Shown here: piece by piece, positions 59,000-64,000 of the stretch
How positions within the stretch are numbered: the first letter of the stretch is position 1
Layout of the letters: the number at the start of each line of letters is the position of its first letter
Source of the DNA: Candidatus Daviesbacteria bacterium
GTDB lineage: Bacteria > Patescibacteriota > Microgenomatia > Daviesbacterales > UBA10151
Reading direction: 5' to 3'
Assembly (NCBI GenBank): GCA_016176415.1
Contig: JACOXH010000003.1
Location: 12,419-76,418, forward strand
Length of the DNA: 64,000 bases
Translations under genes and position numbers: made by a program
Notes under the pieces: model-generated
The model's input: only the letters and a program-made list of their open reading frames with translations
Told to the model about the DNA's origin: nothing
The model's database searches: none

Positions 59000-59738
59000 A
59001 CTTCCACCCCCGAGGTGGAAGTTAGGTGGAAGTTAATCTTCGCCATCTAAGAGCTGGTGTTTAATTAATTCCAATTCCTGCGCATAGCTAATTTGGTCGT
59101 CAGTAAACTTTTTATAATCTGCAACAGATTTAAAAAAATTAAGTATTTCTTCCTTTGTACATACTCCTTTACCATTCAAATATTCATTGTAAGATGACCA
59201 TTCATAATCCTCTGGTTTCTTGGTCAGAAACGAAGAAACAGAATTTAAGTGGATATATCTTGATACATGGACTAATTGTTCGTCAGATTCTATTAAGACA
59301 GCTTTAAATTGTCCCTGCAATAGAGGGCCAACTCTATTAAATTTAGTATTATAAAATTTAGTATAGCTATTGGTAAGCTTGCTAATAAATTCGCTTATAC
59401 CACCTTCTTTCAGTTGTTTTATCAGGAAATGAAAATGGTTAGGCATTAAGCAGTAACAGACGATGTCAACTATTTTTTTATTAGGATCAGGCTCGAATGA
59501 TTTATATTGGATAAAGTTTGAAAATTTCGGTTTAGGCCCTTCTAAGCGATAATAATTAATTGCCTGTAAAAATCGTGTATATGTTCTTCTGTTTTCATAT
59601 ATTCTTCTTTTTTCCACTCCACGGTTGTAAATGTGATAAAACTGACCGTTAATTAAAGGAATAATTCTTGCTGGCATAGATTTAGAATAAATAAAAATTA
59701 CCGAGGTGTCAATACACTTTCACCCCCGAGGTGGAAGT
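59000..59738 (-). mobile_element. IS200/IS605-like element: Y1 HUH transposase flanked by same-orientation subterminal hairpins ACTT(C/T)CACC-CCCGA-GGTGGAAGT
   Basis: Hairpins at 59000-59022 and 59716-59738, gene between. About 740 bp is typical IS200 size. Confidence 0.55.
59033..59677 (-). CDS. tnpA: IS200-like / REP-associated tyrosine (Y1, HUH) transposase
   Basis: HUH motif 'CLMPNHFHFLI' and catalytic Tyr region 'VSRYIHLNSV'. 214 aa (longer than canonical IS200 TnpA, like RAYTs). Confidence 0.7.
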   Translation of the reverse strand: MPARIIPLINGQFYHIYNRGVEKRRIYENRRTYTRFLQAINYYRLEGPKPKFSNFIQYKSFEPDPNKKIVDIVCYCLMPNHFHFLIKQLKEGGISEFISKLTNSYTKFYNTKFNRVGPLLQGQFKAVLIESDEQLVHVSRYIHLNSVSSFLTKKPEDYEWSSYNEYLNGKGVCTKEEILNFFKSVADYKKFTDDQISYAQELELIKHQLLDGED

Positions 59739-59771
59739 ACAAATTCATAGATTCTCTGGTAAAATCAGCTC

Positions 59772-60305
59772 ATGAGCGAGGGCAAGGGTCTGATTATTTT
59801 ATATACTGGTGAAGGGAAAGGGAAAACTACAGCTGCTTTGGGATTGGTTTTAAGGGCTGTGGGCTATAAAAGAAAATGCTTAATTGTTCAATTTGGCAAA
59901 ATGTGGTTTACAGGTGAGGCTGAAGGGGTGAAAATGCTCTCCCCTTTTGTTAAATTTGTTCAAGGCGGAAAAGGATTTGTAAAAATTTTGGGGGATAAAC
60001 TGCCTTTAAAAGAACACAAAAAGGCAGCGAATAAGACCTTTGATCTATTATATAAGGAAGTAATGTCCGGTAAGTGGGATGTAATAGTGGCTGATGAAAT
60101 AGCGGGAGCGGTCTCTTCAAAAATACTTTCTCTTACAAAAGTATTACGCCTTTTGAAGGCTAAACCTCAAAGACTGGATTTAGTATTAACTGGTCACCAT
60201 GCACCTGAAAAATTAGTTCAACTGGCAGATTTGGTTACTGAAATGCAAGAAGTCAAACACCCCTACAAAACCGGAATTTTGGCAAAAAAGGGGGTTGACT
60301 TTTAG
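59772..60305 (+). CDS. cobO: ATP:cob(I)alamin adenosyltransferase (CobA/CobO/BtuR family)
   Basis: 'LYTGEGKGKTTAALGLVLRAVG' P-loop and 'VIVADEIAGAV'. Confidence 0.75.
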   Translation: MSEGKGLIILYTGEGKGKTTAALGLVLRAVGYKRKCLIVQFGKMWFTGEAEGVKMLSPFVKFVQGGKGFVKILGDKLPLKEHKKAANKTFDLLYKEVMSGKWDVIVADEIAGAVSSKILSLTKVLRLLKAKPQRLDLVLTGHHAPEKLVQLADLVTEMQEVKHPYKTGILAKKGVDF

Positions 60306-60329
60306 CACTCTGCATGGTAATCTGCTAAT

Positions 60330-60806
60330 ATGTCTGATTTTATTAAACCTTCTGCGCGCGAACCTTTGAAACTTAAACCTACTTTACCTGTGGGTCCTTT
60401 AAGAGATACAGTAATTTTTCCCGGTAATTCTGTCCCGATTGTTTCAGGCAGGCCCAAATCTAAAGCCGCTTTGGATATTGCCTGGAATTCTGATAAACTA
60501 ATTGTTTTTGTTACCCAAAAAAACTCCCGTATAGAAGACCCTGTTGAAAAAGATTTATATAAAGTAGGAACTGTCTGTTTAATCAGAAGAGTGGTTAAAA
60601 ACCCTGAAGGTGAGTATACACTGCAGGCAGAGGGGTTAAGCCGTGTATTTTTGAAAAACTTTACAAAAATAGAGCCATATCTGGAGGCAGGGGTAATCCT
60701 TTCTTTGATCAAAGCAATTTTGCCAACTGGTCACTTTTTACTTACAGTGATGATCCGAATCAGTTGGTTAATTCTGTTACTCAGGCCATTGATTTTAAAA
60801 CCATAG
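60330..60806 (+). CDS. lon: Lon protease N-terminal (LON substrate-binding) domain fragment, frame-shifted relative to the rest of lon
   Basis: '[25 protein letters not shown]...KLIVFVTQK' is the Lon N-domain. Frame 0 ends in a non-Lon tail after ~60695. Confidence 0.6.
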   Translation: MSDFIKPSAREPLKLKPTLPVGPLRDTVIFPGNSVPIVSGRPKSKAALDIAWNSDKLIVFVTQKNSRIEDPVEKDLYKVGTVCLIRRVVKNPEGEYTLQAEGLSRVFLKNFTKIEPYLEAGVILSLIKAILPTGHFLLTVMIRISWLILLLRPLILKP

Positions 60807-62650
60807 ATAAACAGCAGATTTTAGAAATGGTTTCTGCTGCAGACAGGCTACAAAGATTATCAGAGCTTTTAGCTAAAGAAATCAGGATTTTAGAGATTTC
60901 CCAAAAAATTTCTTCCCAAACACAGGAAAGAGTTTCCAAGATGACCAAAGAGGCAATCTTAAGAGAGCAGATGAAAAGTATTGAGGAGGAGTTGGGGGGA
61001 GCAGATACAGAACATCAGGAAATAAGGGAATTCGAGCTGAAGATCAAAAAAGCAGGCATGTCTAAAGAAGTGCTGGAAAGAGCCAGAAAAGAGTTGGCAA
61101 GGCTTGCCAAAATGTCCTCATACAACCCTGAAGCAGGCTATATAAGAAATTATTTAGAGTGGCTGACAGATTTGCCCTGGAGAAATGAAAAGAAAAGCAG
61201 CGTAGATCTTAAAAAAGCAGAAGGAATTTTAGAAGAAGATCATTATGGTTTAAAAAAGGTCAAAGAAAGAATTTTGGAATATCTGGCAGTTTATAAGCTG
61301 GCAGGTAAAATGAGAGGGCCAATCCTTTGTTTTGTGGGCCCTCCGGGTACAGGTAAAACTTCCATCGGTAAATCAATTGCCAGAGCATTGGGCAGAAAAT
61401 TCATAAAAGTCTCTTTAGGAGGGATCAGGGATGAGGCGGAGATAAGGGGTCACAGAAGAACTTATGTAGGTTCTATGCCGGGCAGAGTTGTGCAGGGAAT
61501 AAAACAGGCAGGCGCTACAAACCCTGTATTTATGCTGGATGAAATTGATAAAATTGGCGCAGACTACAGAGGTGACCCTTCAGCAGCATTACTGGAAGCT
61601 TTGGATCCTGAACAAAATGAAGGATTTTCAGACCACTATCTGGAGGTGCCTTATGATTTGTCTAATGTGATGTTTATCACTACAGCCAATATTTTAGACA
61701 CTATTCCCCCGGCTTTAAGAGACAGATTAGAAGTTATAAGATATCCAGGTTATACAGAGGATGAAAAATTCCACATTGCCAAAAAATTCTTAATCCCCAA
61801 ACAGATGGAAAACCATGGCTTAAAAGGCGATAAGATAGAGTTTGAAGACGAAAGCATCCGCGCAATTATCCGGGGATATACCAGAGAAGCAGGAGTGAGA
61901 AATCTGGAAAGAGAAGTTTCAGCAGTATTTAGAAAAGTGGCGAGAAAAATTGCAGAAGGTGAAACCAAAAAATTCACTATTACCGTAAAAGATATTCATG
62001 GATTTTTAGGTCCAATTAAATTTCTGCCGATTTTGGCTGAGAAAGAAGATGAGATAGGGATGGTGACTGGTTTGTCTGTTACAGAAGCAGGCGGAGAGGT
62101 GCTGTTTATTGAAGTGACTTTAATGCCGGGTAAAGGCAACTTAATTCTTACGGGTCAGCTGGGAGACGTGATGAAAGAATCAGGACAGGCAGCCATGTCT
62201 TATGTCAGGTCTCGCTGGGCAAGCTTGGGGCTAAAGGAGAATTTCTTTCAAAAAGTTGACGTGCATGTGCATGTGCCGGAAGGAGCTATTCCCAAAGACG
62301 GTCCTTCAGCAGGTATTGCCTTAACTACCGCCATTGTTTCAGCATTTACAAAAGTTTCTGTACATAAGGAAGTTGCTATGACAGGTGAGGTAACTTTAAG
62401 AGGCAGGGTGCTGGAAATAGGCGGACTTAAAGAAAAAGTTTTGGCAGCTCACCGGGCCGGAGTCAAAATAGTGATTTGTCCGGCTGACAATGAAAAAGAC
62501 ATGGAAGATATTCCTGATTATGTACAAAAAGATTTAAAATTCTTCTTTGTCAAACATATGGATGAGGTTTTAAAAGTGGCTCTTATCAGGCCTCCTCAAC
62601 CGGCATCCCGTAAAAGTGTCCCAATCCCCCCTCCGGCCTATATGGCTTGA
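60764..62650 (+). CDS. lon: ATP-dependent Lon protease (AAA+ and S16 protease domains); upstream in-frame sequence also Lon-like back to ~60695
   Basis: Walker A '[15 protein letters not shown]', 'FMLDEIDK', catalytic '[10 protein letters not shown]'. Track start is TTG at 60764. Confidence 0.8.
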   Translation: MVNSVTQAIDFKTIDKQQILEMVSAADRLQRLSELLAKEIRILEISQKISSQTQERVSKMTKEAILREQMKSIEEELGGADTEHQEIREFELKIKKAGMSKEVLERARKELARLAKMSSYNPEAGYIRNYLEWLTDLPWRNEKKSSVDLKKAEGILEEDHYGLKKVKERILEYLAVYKLAGKMRGPILCFVGPPGTGKTSIGKSIARALGRKFIKVSLGGIRDEAEIRGHRRTYVGSMPGRVVQGIKQAGATNPVFMLDEIDKIGADYRGDPSAALLEALDPEQNEGFSDHYLEVPYDLSNVMFITTANILDTIPPALRDRLEVIRYPGYTEDEKFHIAKKFLIPKQMENHGLKGDKIEFEDESIRAIIRGYTREAGVRNLEREVSAVFRKVARKIAEGETKKFTITVKDIHGFLGPIKFLPILAEKEDEIGMVTGLSVTEAGGEVLFIEVTLMPGKGNLILTGQLGDVMKESGQAAMSYVRSRWASLGLKENFFQKVDVHVHVPEGAIPKDGPSAGIALTTAIVSAFTKVSVHKEVAMTGEVTLRGRVLEIGGLKEKVLAAHRAGVKIVICPADNEKDMEDIPDYVQKDLKFFFVKHMDEVLKVALIRPPQPASRKSVPIPPPAYMA

Positions 62651-62685
62651 TTGTCATACTAACCTTTTTGTGAAATAATTAGGGT

Positions 62686-63072
62686 ATGGATCAGCAGCAA
62701 CAGATGTCTCCTCAACAACCACAGCCTTCCGTACCCCAAGTCAATAGAACCTCTTTAGGCCTGGATGAAAATATTGAAGGATTGCTTTGCTATGTTTTCG
62801 GCTGGATTACAGGTCTGATTTTTCTGCTTCTTGAGAAAAATAGTAGATTTGTGAAATTTCATGCGATCCAATCTTTAATTGTTTCTGTTGCCGGTTTTAT
62901 TTTAATTATAGGAACAAATCTTCTGCCTATGGGGTTTTTAATACTCTTTGCGATAGGTCCAATCACTTTTATCCTTTGGATTGTGCTTATGGTAAAAGCT
63001 TATCAGGGAGAATGGTTTAAATTGCCTATAGCAGGAGAAATTGCTTTAAATCAAGTAAATAAGCAAGCTTGA
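62686..63072 (+). CDS. DUF4870-family small membrane protein
   Basis: Gln/Pro-rich N-terminus then 'LCYVFGWITGLIFLLLEKNSRFVKFHAIQS' typical of DUF4870. Confidence 0.55.
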   Translation: MDQQQQMSPQQPQPSVPQVNRTSLGLDENIEGLLCYVFGWITGLIFLLLEKNSRFVKFHAIQSLIVSVAGFILIIGTNLLPMGFLILFAIGPITFILWIVLMVKAYQGEWFKLPIAGEIALNQVNKQA

Positions 63073-63088
63073 TGTTTCATGATAAGAG

Positions 63089-63670
63089 TTAATTTTTAAC
63101 TGCGATATTAATCATCACAGCATTTTCAAACCTTTGGTCCTGGGAGATATTAATTGTTAATTGTACCTGGCGGGTACCCTTGGTATAAGCAAAAAGACTA
63201 CCTTGTGCCGTAGAGGCTGTAGATCCTTCTGTCCAACCATTTGCGACCATTTCATTTTTGTAAAAATCGGAAATTTGACTAAGATTTCCATTGTTAACAG
63301 CCCAGCTTACAATATCTACCCCTTCCTGGTTCAGTGCCATTACCAAAGTACTATTTGGATATTCTGGGATGTCAGTAGGAAAATTAGTAGGCAGCTTAAC
63401 TGTTTGGCCAACGCTTATAGTTTTACCTGGGGTTTTAATATTAATAGTATTGCCGGAAGTGTTAATTTGGGAATCAGGTCCAAGTTGGCTGCGGGCTTGA
63501 AATAAGCCAATCTGCATAATAATAAAAGGGATGCTTGAACCAATAGCCAGTATCACAGCACCAACAATAATTAAGATAATAACTAGTTTAGATTTGCTTT
63601 TAGTAGGGATAGGAGGTGGGGTAGTGGATTGAGGGAGGGGAGTAACAGAAATTGGATTTTGTGGGTCCAT
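63089..63670 (-). CDS. Hypothetical membrane-anchored protein
   Basis: Pro-rich N-terminus, one TM, soluble domain. Confidence 0.4.
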   Translation of the reverse strand: MDPQNPISVTPLPQSTTPPPIPTKSKSKLVIILIIVGAVILAIGSSIPFIIMQIGLFQARSQLGPDSQINTSGNTINIKTPGKTISVGQTVKLPTNFPTDIPEYPNSTLVMALNQEGVDIVSWAVNNGNLSQISDFYKNEMVANGWTEGSTASTAQGSLFAYTKGTRQVQLTINISQDQRFENAVMINIAVKN

Positions 63671-63773
63671 ATAAAAAACTATGACAGCTTATTCTTTTAC
63701 TGTCAAGTTGCCTTCTTGACTAAATAATATCTTCTAGTGTAAATTCTATTAAGTTACTGCTCCGAAAATTTTC

Positions 63774-64000
63774 ATGGATTTCATAGTAAATAACACAAAT
63801 TTAATTATCTGGCTCGCCGTGGCGAGTGCTTTAGGTTATGGTTTTTGGCTGGTTATTGATGTTTTAAAAAGAGACTCCGGTGACGAGAGAATGAAGGAGA
63901 TTGCTTCTGCTATACAACTGGGAGCTGCAGCATACTTACAAAGGCAGTACAAAGTAGTAGCTGTAGTAGCAATAGCTCTGGCCATAGGCATTTATTTTTT
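63774..64000 (+). CDS. hppA: Membrane-bound proton-translocating pyrophosphatase (H+-PPase), 3'-truncated by window edge
   Basis: 'MKEIASAIQLGAAAYLQRQYKVVAVV' matches the conserved H+-PPase N-terminus. Confidence 0.7.
   Translation, partial: MDFIVNNTNLIIWLAVASALGYGFWLVIDVLKRDSGDERMKEIASAIQLGAAAYLQRQYKVVAVVAIALAIGIYF

Noticed and set aside
55466-59771. Cobalamin riboswitch upstream of nrdJ or cobO
   Set aside because: No B12-box-like (…GCCACUG…) element seen in the short intergenic regions; nrdJ start overlaps the nrdR stop, leaving no leader.
1-64000. CRISPR arrays, rRNA genes, additional tRNAs, tmRNA
   Set aside because: Scanned for regularly spaced direct repeats and for conserved rRNA/tmRNA motifs; only the single tRNA-Gln was found. 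The short repeats present are palindromic dispersed elements, not spacer-interleaved arrays.

Overview
This reads as a low-GC (~38-40%) bacterial chromosome segment. The gene content and many small or hypothetical membrane proteins suggest a streamlined, possibly CPR/Patescibacteria-like organism; that is inference from content, not a database hit.

Housekeeping genes found: secD (5'-truncated) and secF separated by two unknown ORFs; CCA-adding enzyme; recJ; a TPP-dependent acetolactate-synthase-family enzyme; DAHP synthase (aroG-like); AspRS; GluRS; two D-Ala-D-Ala carboxypeptidases; an L,D-transpeptidase; the riboflavin operon ribE-ribH-ribA-ribD with an upstream FMN-riboswitch-like leader; rpiB; rpe; a LOG-family protein; VKOR plus DsbA; an SDR; a PfkB kinase; cyclophilin; nrdR-nrdJ (class II RNR) plus cobO; Lon (split across two frames); a DUF4870 protein; and a partial H+-PPase at the 3' edge.

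Accessory content:
- A tRNA-Gln(CUG)-adjacent island with a GIY-YIG protein, a Type III R-M system (mod, two small ORFs, res) and two downstream hypothetical genes, one with a PD-(D/E)xK-like motif.
- A metal/thiol-redox island: merA, csoR-copB(CPH)-YHS, a matrixin, a TlpA-like redoxin, CcdA, a triple-thioredoxin-fold protein, a CxxC membrane protein, and BlaI/BlaR1.
- Two Gly/Ala-rich repetitive proteins; the larger sits in a three-gene cluster.
- An IS200/IS605-like Y1 (HUH) transposase flanked by hairpins. Copies of those hairpins (REP-like) are dispersed through the window, some inserted in-frame into essential genes with compensatory stem changes.
- A second short-repeat family (TGTCATTCTGAGC...GCGAAGAATCT / CTTCGACTNCGCTCAG) in five copies, again partly inside CDSs.
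- A putative aromatic-codon leader-peptide attenuator upstream of aroG.

No CRISPR array or rRNA was found.
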